Source of the DNA: a plasmid
Sequence record: NZ_CP070571.1
DNA length: 64,000 nucleotides
Direction: 5' to 3' (one strand)
Shown here: piece by piece, positions 33,112-43,287 of the stretch
How the letters are laid out: every line of letters starts with the position of its first letter
Numbering within the stretch: the stretch's first letter is position 1
Notes under the pieces: model-generated
What the model was told of the DNA's origin: nothing
Seen by the model: the letters and a program-made list of their open reading frames with translations, nothing else
The model's database searches: none
Position numbers and translations under genes: made by a program

Positions 33112-33940
33112 GGGAATCGGCCCACCTTGCCGGGCGCCGGTGCCGTGTGGAAATCCGCCCACCTTGCCGCGCGCCGGTGCCGTGTGGGAATCCGCCCACC
33201 TTGCCGCGCGCCGGTGCCGTGTGGGAATCCGCCCACCTTGCCGGGCGCCGGTGCTGTGTGGAAATCCGCCCACCTTGCCGCGCGCCGGTGCCGTGTGGGA
33301 ATCCGCCCACCTTGCCGCGCGCCGGTGCCGTGTGGGAATCCGCCCACCTTGCCGGGCGCCGGTGCTGTGTGGAAATCCGCCCACCTTACCGGGCGCCGGT
33401 GCCGTGTGGGAATCCGCCCACCTTACCGGGCGCCGGTGCCGTGTGGGAATCCGCCCACCTTACCGGGCGCCGGTGCTGTGTGGAAATCCGCCCACCTTGC
33501 CGCGCGCCGGTGCCGTGTGGGAATCCGCCCACCTTGCCGCGCGCCGGTGCCGTGTGGGAATCCGCCCACCTTGCCGGGCGCCGGTGCTGTGTGGAAATCC
33601 GCCCACCTTGCCGCGCGCCGGTGCCGTGTGGGAATCCGCCCACCTTGCCGCGCGCCGGTGCCGTGTGGGAATCCGCCCACCTTGCCGGGCGCCGGTGCTG
33701 TGTGGAAATCCGCCCACCTTACCGGGCGCCGGTGCTGTGTGGAAATCCGCCCATCTTGCCGGGCGCCGGTGCCGTGTGGGAATCCGCCCACCTTGCCGGG
33801 CGCCGGTGCTGTGTGGAAATCCGCCCACCTTACCGGGCGCCGGTGCTGTGTGGAAATCCGCCCATCTTGCCGGGCGCCGGTGCCGTGTGGGAATCCGCCC
33901 ACCTTACCGGGCGCCGGTGCTGTGTGGAAATCCGCCCATC
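33112..33940. repeat. tandem array of ~22 x 37-bp repeats (consensus TGGGAATCCGCCCACCTTGCCGCGCGCCGGTGCCGTG), head-to-tail with no spacers; iteron-like
   Basis: Read directly in the sequence. Unit variants (GGG/GGA, GCG/GGG, CCG/CTG, TTG/TTA/CTTG) recur with a 3-unit (111-bp) super-period. Lies about 50 bp upstream (on the coding strand) of the C-terminal fragment of a Rep_3-type repA. Confidence 0.85.
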
Positions 33941-33989
33941 TTCATGACAAAAATTTGTCAAATGACAGGCTCATGTGTGCTGATTTATG

Positions 33990-34292
33990 TCAGACGGGAT
34001 TTTGCTTATCAATTATTGAGAACAGAAATTTTCCTGAATCATCAATACTATACTTAGCAAGTAAAGGTGTTTTCTCATTTATCTGCTTGAGTGCAGGATC
34101 AAGGAAAGATCGTTTCAACTCTGCCAAGTTCTTCTGCTGGGATTCCGGTAAGACGAAACGGTCATTTAACCAAGCATGAGTAGTAACCCATAAGCCTGAA
34201 GATTTGAATTGAGCAAGACTTTCATAAAGGCGGATCGTCCGGGGATTTCGAAGACTGCCACAATCGCGGAGCGAGTAGGTGGTGAACTGGTT
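33990..34292 (-). pseudogene. repA: C-terminal ~100 codons of a second RepFIB-like (Rep_3 family) replication initiator, N-terminally truncated by IS1
   Basis: Reverse translation ...VITNQFTTYSLRDCGSLRNPRTIRLYESLAQFKSSGLWVTTHAWLNDRFVLPESQQKNLAELKRSFLDPALKQINEKTPLLAKYSIDDSGKFLFSIIDKQNPV* aligns at about 60% with the C-terminus of the intact RepA at 41874-42740. Confidence 0.7.
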
Positions 34293-34307
34293 GGTAATGA
34301 CTCCAAC

Positions 34308-34811
34308 TTACTGATAGTGTTTTATGTTCAGATAATGCCCGATGACTTTGTCATGCAGCGCCACCGATTTTGAGAACGACAGTGACTTCCTGCCCAGCCT
34401 TGCCAGATGCTGCCTCAGATTCTGGTTATGCCGCTCAATTCGCTGCGTATATCGCTTGCTGATAACGTGCAGTTCTCCCTTCAGGCGGGATTCATAAAGC
34501 GGCCAGCCATCCGTCATCCATACCACGACCTCAAAGGCCGACAGCAGGCCCGGAAGACGCTCCAGCGTGGCCAGAGTACGCTCACCAAAGACGCGTGCCA
34601 CCACCGTCCTGCACATCCTGCCATAGGCGTAAAATAACCAGCGCTGACGTGATTTAGCCCCGACGTAGCCCCACTGTTCGTCCATTTCCGCGCAGACAAT
34701 GACGTCACTGCCCGGTTGTATGCGTGAGGTTACCGACTGCGGTCTGAGTTTTTTAAGTGACGTAAAATCGTGTTGAGGCCAACGCCCATAATGCGGGCGG
34801 TTGCCCGGCAT
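34308..34811 (-). CDS. insB: IS1 InsB
   Basis: ...[30 protein letters not shown]...[70 protein letters not shown]. Confidence 0.9.
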   Translation of the reverse strand: MPGNRPHYGRWPQHDFTSLKKLRPQSVTSRIQPGSDVIVCAEMDEQWGYVGAKSRQRWLFYAYGRMCRTVVARVFGERTLATLERLPGLLSAFEVVVWMTDGWPLYESRLKGELHVISKRYTQRIERHNQNLRQHLARLGRKSLSFSKSVALHDKVIGHYLNIKHYQ

Positions 34812-35005
34812 CCAACGCCATTCATGGCCATATCAATGATTTTCTGGTGCGTACCGGGCTGAGAGGCGGTGTAAGTGAACTGTAGCTGCCATGTTTTACG
34901 GCAGTGAGAGCAGAGATAGCGCTGATGTCCGGCAGTACTTTTACCGTTACGCACCACGCCTTCAGTAGCTGAGCAGGAGGGACAACTGATGGAGATGGAA
35001 GCCAC
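34730..35005 (-). CDS. insA: IS1 InsA
   Basis: [91 protein letters not shown]. Confidence 0.9.
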   Translation of the reverse strand: MASISISCPSCSATEGVVRNGKSTAGHQRYLCSHCRKTWQLQFTYTASQPGTHQKIIDMAMNGVGCRATARIMGVGLNTILRHLKNSDRSR

Positions 35006-35060
35006 TGGAGCACCTCAAAGACACCATCGTACACTAAATCAGTAAGTTGGCACCATTATC

Positions 35061-36950
35061 CGGCAGGCGATCTGGATTATCGTCACGCTGTTAAATATGT
35101 CGCGGTAGGGATACCCGTTACCGGATACCCCCCGCACAGATCCCGGCGTGCGCGATTTACGCACCGGGCTCCTGCCTCGGGTGTCTGGCGGTGAACCGCT
35201 CCACAGGCCATGGATGAAGAACCCGAACCCTTGGTAGCCATGCGGCTGCCAGTTTGTTTGCTTTCGTCCAGGTCGTATCATCCTTCTGGCTCCTGCGCCT
35301 GAGCGCCCGGCGCCAGAGGTTTGTTACGTGTGTCCTGAACTTCTGCATGGTGGGGAAGTTGCCCGGTACCGAGTGATAGTTCAGGTATCCCTGAACCACT
35401 CTCCTGAGCCATTTTCCCTGTTCGGGGATTGAGTAATGCCAGCGCCTTCGCAGACCGTCTTTGATGGCTTTCAGAGTTGCCGTCATCCGATCCCGGCGGG
35501 TCTTTCGTATCAGCATGAACCTGCCGTTGCGATCTTTCCCGCTGATGTGCGTGAACCCGAGGAAGTTGAACGTTTCTGGTTTGCCTTTTCCCCTGATGGC
35601 ACGGTTTTCGGCAGCGAAGCGGCCGAACTCCATCAGACGGGTTTTCTCCGGGTGAACCGTGAGTCCGAACTCCCTCAGTCTGCGCTGCATGGCTATACGG
35701 AAGCGCCGGGCATCGTATCGTTTGTCGAACCCGATGACGATGTCATCGGCGTATCTGACCATTACCACATTGCCTGTGGCATAGCGACGTCGCCACTGAT
35801 GCGCCCACAGATCGAAGACGTAGTGGAGGTATATGTTTGCCAGCAGCGGTGAGATGACCGCACCCTGTGGGGTGCCTTCCTCCGTTGCTCGCCATTGACC
35901 CTCCTCCAACGTCCCGGCTGTGAGCCACTTACGTATGAGCCTGATTACGCTCCGGTCGCCGATCCGATGCTCTGTGAACCTGATCAGCCATTCGTGGCTC
36001 ACCCTGTCGAAGAACTGACTGATGTCGGCATCCAGTACCCAGTTTACGTTAGTGCGTACCAGCCCTGTGGCCAGTGCGTCCAGTGCATCGTGCTGGCTTC
36101 GCCCGGGTCTGAACCCGTATGAGAACCCCATAAAGTCGTTTTCATAGACTGCGTTCAGGATTTTCACCAGCGCATACTGGACGATCTTGTCCTCCAGCGA
36201 GGCGATGCCGAGCGGGCGTTGTTTTCCATCCGCTTTTGGGATGTAGTGACGCCTGCCGGGCTGCGCCCTGTAGCTGCCCTAATGTAGCCTCCGGTGCAGA
36301 TCTGTTATGTTGTTCTTCATGTTTCCGGCGTAGTCCATCCACCTGATGCCATCCACTCCGGCGGCCGCTTTCCTGCTCAGGGAGAGGAATGCGGCTTCCA
36401 GTGCTTCGACTGTCAGCAGGTGGAACAATGCTGTAAACCGTTCTTTCTTCCGCTGCTTCGCAGCTTCCCGCACGCGTGACAGCCTCTGTGACATGCTTTC
36501 CCGGCTCTGTGTCCGGCGCATGTGTGGCTGTTCCGCGTTCCCCTTGGCCCCGCTCCTTCGCTCCACTGACTCCGCTCCTTTCGGGTTGTTCGCCTGCTTC
36601 GCCGCTACTATGAGCGAGTCCGACTTCTCCTCTCCGTACATCACCGGCTATGACTCCTCGTCTTCCCGGTGCGGGCCGTCTCCGACACTGGCAGATGGTC
36701 AGAGGGGAGATCTCCCGGTTCCCGCGTAGAGATCGTATTGACATGCCAGGGTCTCAGACCCCGCCGGGTCCATGTGGCACTCGCAGTATCGCACCCTATG
36801 ATGTTGCCTTCCGTTAACAGTACAACGTCGGCACCCGGTAATTTAATATACATTTCGTGGCTCAATGGCTGGCCTGTCAACACCCCTGTCAACGCTTCGC
36901 CCCATACCTCGCGGTATGCAACGCATGACTCGGGGACCTTGTGGATTGCT
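35061..36950 (-). mobile_element. group II intron remnant (approximate bounds); 3' end abuts IS1, 5' boundary not resolved
   Basis: Contains a reverse-transcriptase/maturase ORF (RT domains 0-7 with YADD, domain X motif QGYLNYHSVPGNF, no En domain). About 95 nt remain 3' of the ORF for domains V/VI. The 5' limit was placed about 430 nt upstream of the probable IEP start. Confidence 0.5.
35157..36644 (-). pseudogene. group II intron-encoded protein (RT-maturase) interrupted by a single in-frame amber codon (TAG at 36279-36281)
   Basis: The two track ORFs 36279-36644 and 35157-36167 are in the same frame. Direct reading gives ...[59 protein letters not shown]..., a contiguous RT domain 1-2. 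Confidence 0.75.
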
Positions 36951-37008
36951 GGTCCTTCAATGGTCGGGGACTTTCACCCCTTGATCTCTACCGGTCTCCC
37001 GGTGAACA

Positions 37009-37024
37009 CTGTATGTATAACCAG
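37009..37024 (+). promoter_or_regulatory. LexA (SOS) box upstream of the umuD-like gene
   Basis: CTGTATGTATAACCAG fits CTGT-N8-ACAG with one mismatch, 26 bp upstream of the ATG. RBS AGGAGG at 37040. Confidence 0.6.
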
Positions 37025-37049
37025 TAAAATTAGAGTGTCAGGAGGAAAG

Positions 37050-37481
37050 ATGAAACTACAACTTTTCAGCACCGGGAAAGAACTCCCGCCACAGGCCCAT
37101 CCATTGTTTGCCGATCTGGCCAGCTGCGGTTTTCCCAGCCCTGCTGCTGACTATGTCGAGTCCGATCTGGATCTCCATGATTACTGCATACGGCATCCGA
37201 GCGCGACGTACTACCTGCGTGCCAGCGGAGACAGCATGGCCGACGGCAGTCTGTACAATGGCGATCTGCTGGTTGTGGACAGTGCTGAAAAGCCGCGGCA
37301 CGGCGATATCGTTGTCGCCAGCATGCAGGGGGAGTTTACGGTGAAACGGCTTCTGCTGACGCCGCGACTGACGCTGCAGCCCATGAATGCCTCCTGGTCG
37401 CCGATTTATCCTGATCCCGACGAGCTGGATATCTTTGGCGTCGTCACGCATATCATCCACCGCCCGAGGGAGATGTACTGA
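37050..37481 (+). CDS. umuD: UmuD/MucA/ImpA-family protein (143 aa)
   Basis: [103 protein letters not shown]... Ser-Lys dyad (SGDSM...K) and a CG cleavage site. The track ORF 36669-37481 over-extends upstream. Confidence 0.85.
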   Translation: MKLQLFSTGKELPPQAHPLFADLASCGFPSPAADYVESDLDLHDYCIRHPSATYYLRASGDSMADGSLYNGDLLVVDSAEKPRHGDIVVASMQGEFTVKRLLLTPRLTLQPMNASWSPIYPDPDELDIFGVVTHIIHRPREMY

Positions 37482-38752
37482 TGTTTGCCCTGGCCGATGT
37501 GAACAGCTTCTATGCCAGCTGTGAACGTGTTTTCCGCCCGGATTTGAAAGGAAAGCCGATAGTCGTCCTGAGCAACAACGACGGGAATGTAATCGCTCGC
37601 AGTGCCGAGGCGAAGCCCTGGATCAAAATGGAAACTCCGTGGTTTCAGATAAAAAACGAAAGATACCCGGAAAAAATATATGCGTTTTCAAGTAACTATG
37701 AACTTTATGCCTCGATGTTGGCGCGCGTGATGAACAGCCTGGAGGAACTGGCCCCCAGAGTGGAACAGTATTCAATTGATGAGATGTTCCTCGATTTGAC
37801 CGGCGTGGAGCACTGTATGGAGCTTGAGGACTTCGGCCGGCAGCTGCGTCAGCACGTGTATGACTGTACCCACCTGACCATTGGCGTGGGCGCCGGACCA
37901 ACGAAGACCCTCGCAAAATCAGCCCAGTGGGCCTCAAAAGAGTGGAAACAGTTTCGTGGCGTACTTGCTCTGACCAGGGGAAATCCGCAGAGAACGCGGA
38001 AACTGCTTTCACTGCAGCCGGTTGAAGAAATCTGGGGGGTGGGTAACCGTATTGCACGCAAGCTGAATGTACTGGGCATTAAGACCGCGCTCGATCTCGC
38101 CCTGACGAACCCGGCCTTCATCCGCAAAAATTTTTCTGTGGTCCTTGAGCGAACGGTACGGGAACTGAACGGGGAAAGCTGCCTTTCGCTTGAGGAAGCC
38201 CCTCCGACGAAACAGCAAATTGTCTGCAGCCGCAGTTTTGGCGTGAAGATCACGGAGTACGAGTCACTCCGTCAGGCTATCTGTCAGCACGCAGAGCGGG
38301 CCTCTGAAAAACTGCGTAAAGAGCACCAGTATTGCCGGCATATTTCCGTTTTCATCAAAACGTCTCCGTTCGCCATTAAAGAGCCTTACTACGGCAACGT
38401 GGCTACGGAAAAACTTCTTACACCCACTCAGGACACCAGGGACATCATTGCAGCCGCTACAACGGCTCTGGAGCGTATCTGGAGGGATGGGCACCGGTAT
38501 GCCAAAGCCGGAGTTATGCTGAATGACTTCACCGGCTCCGGCGTTTCGCAGCTGCAGCTGTTCGACGAACGCCCGCCACGCCCTTACAGTGCTGAGCTGA
38601 TGAAGGTTCTGGACGGGATCAACAACTCAGGGCTGGGTAAAGTATGGTTTGCGGGGCGGGGTATTGCCCCGGAATGGCAGATGAAACGGGAGATGCTTTC
38701 TCCTGCTTATACGACACGATGGTCAGATATTCCTTCAGCGAAACTGGCGTAA
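37481..38752 (+). CDS. umuC: UmuC/MucB-family Y-family DNA polymerase V subunit (423 aa)
   Basis: [45 protein letters not shown]...[11 protein letters not shown]... Start overlaps the umuD stop (ATGA). Confidence 0.9.
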   Translation: MFALADVNSFYASCERVFRPDLKGKPIVVLSNNDGNVIARSAEAKPWIKMETPWFQIKNERYPEKIYAFSSNYELYASMLARVMNSLEELAPRVEQYSIDEMFLDLTGVEHCMELEDFGRQLRQHVYDCTHLTIGVGAGPTKTLAKSAQWASKEWKQFRGVLALTRGNPQRTRKLLSLQPVEEIWGVGNRIARKLNVLGIKTALDLALTNPAFIRKNFSVVLERTVRELNGESCLSLEEAPPTKQQIVCSRSFGVKITEYESLRQAICQHAERASEKLRKEHQYCRHISVFIKTSPFAIKEPYYGNVATEKLLTPTQDTRDIIAAATTALERIWRDGHRYAKAGVMLNDFTGSGVSQLQLFDERPPRPYSAELMKVLDGINNSGLGKVWFAGRGIAPEWQMKREMLSPAYTTRWSDIPSAKLA

Positions 38753-38833
38753 AACTTTGGCGATTTCACCTTGAAATTCTCAGCCTAAACTGCCTAATTA
38801 CAATAAGTTAGATGTGAAATCGCCATGGCGAAA

Positions 38834-39811
38834 TTATTGACTCAAATTTCTGTCAAGGACCTCGTTGATAGCCTTGTCCAGTTCATCCTGAATCACTTTT
38901 GACATACGGCTAAACTCATAAGTCAGCGTACGCCCTTTCACACGCTTACGCGCGAACTTGTCCTTTTCTTCAAAAGACCAGAGTGGGGAAACCACTGACT
39001 TTTCCTTGGGAGATGGATCTATCAATGCCTGAGATGCCTGAGAAATCAGCTTCAGTATACTGGCTTTCTGTTCGTCTTCTGGTCGCTCGCCTTCACTCAA
39101 AATTGCATCGAGCTGAGCTGATACAGACTGAATGAGTTCTTCAGGCGTTAATCCCTTTTCACTGAGTTTTTCATTAACTTCTAAAAGAAGTTTATAGTCA
39201 CTAAACGATAGCTCCGACTGAACCGGGAACAGAGAAATCAAGTCTTGCGGTACGGCCGCCGCCTGCAGCGCCCTGGTAACTTTAGCTTGAGATAACCCCT
39301 CCAGTTCAGCAATTTCCTTTTGATTAAATCCGGACTCTTTAAGAGCGATCAATCTCAGGCCAATCTCCCGAAGATTATGTTCTTTAGCTGTCTGGATATC
39401 TTTAGCCAGTTGGCGAGCTTCATCAGCTGATAAATGCTCTTCGGTAACCATTACATCAAGGCCTGTACGGACAAAAATTGCTGAGGCTCGCCGTCTTGAA
39501 CCATCCAGTATCTCAATCCTTTCACTTTGCTTAATACCAATACAGGGAAAGAACTGCTGAAACTTAATCGTCTGGATAATGGATTTCAGGGATTCCCTGG
39601 TCAGTGCAAGTTGATCTCTTCCGTTGTTTTCCTGGTTTACGAAGGTCTTACTTTCAACTTCAGATGCAGGCACCCGAACAAACCTGAACGTTACCTTCCT
39701 GCCGGTTTTTAAGGTAAATACCTGGCTTCTACCGGTGTCCGTCATTTCCGCAATTGACGCCTGGGTATTTAACTGTCTGCCGATGGTTTTTCTTTTCTCA
39801 TTCGACATCAC
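38834..39811 (-). CDS. parB: ParB/SopB-like centromere-binding partition protein (325 aa)
   Basis: ParB-type HTH and ParB/Srx N-terminal domain; translationally coupled to the upstream ParA. Confidence 0.8.
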   Translation of the reverse strand: MMSNEKRKTIGRQLNTQASIAEMTDTGRSQVFTLKTGRKVTFRFVRVPASEVESKTFVNQENNGRDQLALTRESLKSIIQTIKFQQFFPCIGIKQSERIEILDGSRRRASAIFVRTGLDVMVTEEHLSADEARQLAKDIQTAKEHNLREIGLRLIALKESGFNQKEIAELEGLSQAKVTRALQAAAVPQDLISLFPVQSELSFSDYKLLLEVNEKLSEKGLTPEELIQSVSAQLDAILSEGERPEDEQKASILKLISQASQALIDPSPKEKSVVSPLWSFEEKDKFARKRVKGRTLTYEFSRMSKVIQDELDKAINEVLDRNLSQ

Positions 39812-41013
39812 ATACCTCCGTTAGTACGAATGAACTCGATGCGATCAAAGACTGCCTTCGCAAAGTCTTCCGCTGCTGATTTTGCGCTTTTTAGTGCCTC
39901 TGTACTTCCATCATAGGTTGCTGGATTTGCTGAAATAACTGTGTCAAAAGTCTCCCCACAACGTTCGAAACCATCCAGTCTTGGCAGAACCATGTCTAGC
40001 ATATCGGCACCGAAAACCTCTTTGGCCTGACTATGGCAAATTTTGTGATCAGACTTGTTCAGGATCTTGGACATGAAGCCGACATTACCGATGAGATTGC
40101 AGGTGTGCCCATCCATTTCGATGGAATCTATGAGGGCAGGGAGGCTGGCCACAAACTTCAGGGAAGAATGAAAATCAACCGTCGCCGGTGGAAGAGGGGT
40201 CAACATCAGGTCTGCCGCCCCAATGCAGTTTTTCAGGAACGCATCAAGGTGAGGACCACTATCAAGGAAAATAAAGTCGTAGTCATGCTGGAGCTTGTCG
40301 ATAATGTTCTCTTTAAGCACCGCATGAATATTTTTCCCTGGCAGATGTTCTTCACACAATCCCTTCCAGCCTTCAGCAAGGAATGCATCGTCAATGGAAG
40401 CGGGGATTACATCAACACCAGGGATAATAGACGGTACTATAAAATCGGAAAGTAATTCTTCACGAGACACGTTCTGGAGCATGGCCTGAGCAGCCGTATT
40501 TTCAACCAAGCCCACTGAATTCTCATGGCTCAGGAACATTGTCAGAGATGCCTGCGGATCGAAATCGATGGCCAGAATACGCAGGTCTTCGAACAGAAGC
40601 TGAGGATGAGCTCGAAAAGCATGTGATAATGAAGCGGTAGAAACTGTCTTGGAACCACCACCTTTAAGATTACATACAAAAATCGTAAAGGCTTTATCGA
40701 AGCGATCCCTGTACTTCGGTACTTTACGATGGTTATACAGATCGATGACATTCTGAATCGTCATCGCGTATTTCATCGTATTACCAGAAGGTTTCTTTTT
40801 AAAAATGTAGCCACCGGCTTCCATTTCGGACACAGCATACTCAACACTGCCTTTACTGAGCTTAGGCAGCTTATACAGAGCGGCTTTGCTGTATTCCTGA
40901 TAGAACTCGGTAAGCTTCAATTCCTCTTTTTGCTGTCGGATACTTTCGCTCAAAGATGTCAGAAGCTTACCTGCACGTGTAGCGACTTTCCGTAACTGCT
41001 CAATATTGTCCAT
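39808..41013 (-). CDS. parA: type Ia ParA/SopA partition ATPase with N-terminal HTH extension (401 aa)
   Basis: Deviant Walker A KGGGSKTVSTASL. About 100-aa N-terminal regulatory domain as in P1 ParA / F SopA. Confidence 0.85.
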   Translation of the reverse strand: MDNIEQLRKVATRAGKLLTSLSESIRQQKEELKLTEFYQEYSKAALYKLPKLSKGSVEYAVSEMEAGGYIFKKKPSGNTMKYAMTIQNVIDLYNHRKVPKYRDRFDKAFTIFVCNLKGGGSKTVSTASLSHAFRAHPQLLFEDLRILAIDFDPQASLTMFLSHENSVGLVENTAAQAMLQNVSREELLSDFIVPSIIPGVDVIPASIDDAFLAEGWKGLCEEHLPGKNIHAVLKENIIDKLQHDYDFIFLDSGPHLDAFLKNCIGAADLMLTPLPPATVDFHSSLKFVASLPALIDSIEMDGHTCNLIGNVGFMSKILNKSDHKICHSQAKEVFGADMLDMVLPRLDGFERCGETFDTVISANPATYDGSTEALKSAKSAAEDFAKAVFDRIEFIRTNGGM

Positions 41014-41404
41014 TTATCACCTCATGACGTTTTTTGTCATTTTGAACAAAAAGTGTCATGTTGCAAGAAAAAAATCATATTGTTTTGATTTCGCTCTCAA
41101 CAGAAGGGGGATGAAGCTCGACGGGCGTGCTACTAAATCACACTGCAGCAACACGCAGACGCACTTTTGACCATCAACAGCAACTCATACAAAAGGGCTT
41201 TGAGAAAGGTATTCAACTTGCAAGACAGGAGAGTCATTCAGAAGGATTCTGATTTTAGTTACGACCAGTGCAATGCTGAGCCTTATGTATCAGCGCTCGC
41301 CGCAGCCATGTAACCGAGCGTAGCGAGCGAACTGGCGAGGAAGCGAAGAGGAACCGTTCCGGCAGATAGCTCTTACGCTCAGCACAAGAAGAGTTTTCCA
41401 TCCT

Positions 41405-41815
41405 CTGTGGGAAACAGGTCAACTTTAATGGACGCTCCGGACTATGGGAAACAGGTCAACTTCGCGGACGGCCCGGACTATGGGAAACAGGTCAACTTCA
41501 CGGGCGGCCGGGAGTGTGGGGAACAGGTCAACTTCGCGGACGGCCCGGATTATGGGAAACAGGTCAACTTCGCGGGCGGCCGGGACTGTGGGAAACAGGT
41601 CAACTTTGCAGACGGCCCGGACTGTGGGAAACAGGTCAACTTCGCGGGCGGCCGGGAGTGTGGGGAACAGGTCAACTTCGCGGACGGCCCGGACTAAGGG
41701 AAACAGGTCAGCTTCTCGGACGGCCCGGACTATGGGAAACAGGTCAACTTCTCGGACGGTCGGGAGTGTGGGAAACAGGTCAAGTTAGGCAAGCACTATG
41801 GGAAACACAGCAAGT
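41405..41815. repeat. RepFIB-type iteron array, about 11 x 36-37 bp (TATGGGAAACAGGTCAACTTCGCGGACGGCCCGGAC)
   Basis: Directly repeated units with the conserved core TGGGAAACAGGTCAAC on the 3' side of repA. Confidence 0.85.
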
Positions 41816-41873
41816 TCAGTATCCCCCCATATGTCAGCAACAAACTAAGGGGGGAGGAAATAAAAATTACAGA

Positions 41874-42740
41874 CTATTGTTTTTTATCAAGAAAATTAAA
41901 CAGCAAGCGACCATCTTCTTCAGTGGTATATGTTACCTTTAATGGCGTCTTCTCATTAATTTTCTTCAGAGCAGGTTCCAGGAAGGTACGCTTCATTTCA
42001 GCAATATTGTTTTTCTGCGAGGCAGGGAGCATAAACCTTTCACATAACCAGTCATGTGTGGTGATCCAGACACCAGTGCTCCGGAACTGACACAGGCTTT
42101 CATAAAGCCGGATGACACGAACACTATTAAGCTGGCCACAGTCATAGAGAGAATAGGTAGTGAACTGGGAGGTTAAGCCGACCAGGAATGGCATGACCTT
42201 GTAGTTAAATTCAATCTGCCAGGAACCCCGGCCTCGCTTCATTCCTGCTTCAGCCAGCCACGGACGTTTAACTTCTTCAAACTCACCTTCTTTTGGATAA
42301 AAGGTAACCGTTGATTCGCCCAGAGCATTTACCCCAGCCTTCACATCACGACTGGCGACAGACGTAGCGACATTGAAGTATTTGACGTAATCGGAAACGC
42401 TGATTTTGAAGAGCGGCAATACGTCAGAGTCATCTTCCTGGCTGTCATTAAAATAGGCCTGCATGAGGCATAACCACAGCACACGTTTTGCCTGAAGAGG
42501 CAGGTAATATGCAGCTTCGGTCAATTCGTTAGATTGCTTTATACTGGCGCGTTTTTTAAACGTTTTAGTAGCTGGCAAGAGTGCTTGAGTATCCATTTCA
42601 ATGCCTATGGGTAAATTTTTACCCACCCATAATGACAGTGAAAACAGAAATTGCAAGCTATCGCGATACTTATCCACCGGAAAAATCTGCACTTTATCCA
42701 CAAGTGGATAATTGAGAACTGAACTTGACCTCTTTCCCAT
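41874..42740 (-). CDS. repA: IncFIB-type replication initiator RepA (Rep_3 family), 288 aa
   Basis: MGKRSSSVLNYPLVDKVQIFPVDKYRDSLQFLFSLSLWVGKNLPIGIEMDTQALLPATKTFKKRASIKQSNELTEAAYYLPLQAKRVLWLCLMQ... flanked by iterons on both sides. Confidence 0.85.
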   Translation of the reverse strand: MGKRSSSVLNYPLVDKVQIFPVDKYRDSLQFLFSLSLWVGKNLPIGIEMDTQALLPATKTFKKRASIKQSNELTEAAYYLPLQAKRVLWLCLMQAYFNDSQEDDSDVLPLFKISVSDYVKYFNVATSVASRDVKAGVNALGESTVTFYPKEGEFEEVKRPWLAEAGMKRGRGSWQIEFNYKVMPFLVGLTSQFTTYSLYDCGQLNSVRVIRLYESLCQFRSTGVWITTHDWLCERFMLPASQKNNIAEMKRTFLEPALKKINEKTPLKVTYTTEEDGRLLFNFLDKKQ

Positions 42741-42800
42741 AGCTTGTTGATGCGTATCCCATAGCTTGTTGACACAAAACCCACTGATACGTGATTAATT
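42722..42800. repeat. upstream iteron-like repeats / repA operator (CCCATAGCTTGTTGA x2 plus related copies)
   Basis: tcccatagcttgttgatgcgtatcccatagcttgttgacacaaaacccactgatacgtgattaatttcccatatt overlaps the repA start. Confidence 0.6.
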
Positions 42801-43287
42801 TCCCATATTATGTTTACCAGTTGCCCATACAGGCCCCCTCTCAGGCCGCACTGTACGCGGCTTTCAGGCTCCCTAAAAGATGTAAAATAAAGAAAAAGAA
42901 TAAAAAAGTACTTTATAAAAATATGCCCGTGGATAAGTGGATAACCCCGAGGGGAGGTGATTTTTCAGGCATTGAGCGTAAGCAGAATTTATAAGTTTTG
43001 TTCCCTGGTGCTTCCTCGCTCACTCGGGGCTTCGCCCTGTCGCTCGACTGCGGCGAGCACTGCTGGCTCGATCATATCCGTGGCCGGAAGATACTACTCC
43101 TCCCCCGAGTCGCTCTCCAGAGCCGGCTACAGCGAGACAACCCGCACGAAGATTTCTATCGTCCCTGCAGACATATTCGAATCGTTTTTATTAACCCTGG
43201 CTTCCGTCGTGACAGAACACTACGTCCTGTAAAAGGGGGACTAAGGCCCCTGAATCACACACCTGAATAATGCGGAGTTTTACGATA

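Larger units (their letters stand above)
34293..35060 (-). mobile_element. IS1, 768 bp
   Basis: IR GGTAATGACTCCAACTTACTGATAGTG at 34293, with the insA/insB pair. 768 bp. Confidence 0.9.

Noticed and set aside
32946-34179. Three long +strand ORFs (315-350 aa) and several -strand ORFs through 33100-33950 with repetitive Pro/Arg/Ala-rich proteins
   Set aside because: They are translations of the 37-bp tandem array in all frames (periodic peptide PPCRAPVPCGNPPTLPRAGAVWESAHLAGRRC...). No RBS or start context. They are an artefact of the repeat.the array as CRISPR was also rejected because the units are contiguous with no spacers.
36669-37481. 270-aa +strand ORF spanning the intron flank and the umuD-like gene
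   Set aside because: Only the last 143 codons (from ATG 37050 with an AGGAGG RBS and a LexA box) look like UmuD. The upstream 127 codons are antisense to the intron IEP region and have no start context.
41407-41942. +strand ORFs (96-142 aa) over the RepFIB iterons
   Set aside because: They are generated by the 36-37-bp iteron periodicity, with overlapping frames and low-complexity products (MGNRSTS...). The iterons are non-coding DNA-binding sites.
42957-43270. Two overlapping 90-aa +strand ORFs downstream of repA
   Set aside because: Overlapping alternative frames with no RBS. The region instead contains a ColE1-like nucleotide motif (see findings) and is more likely structural or non-coding.
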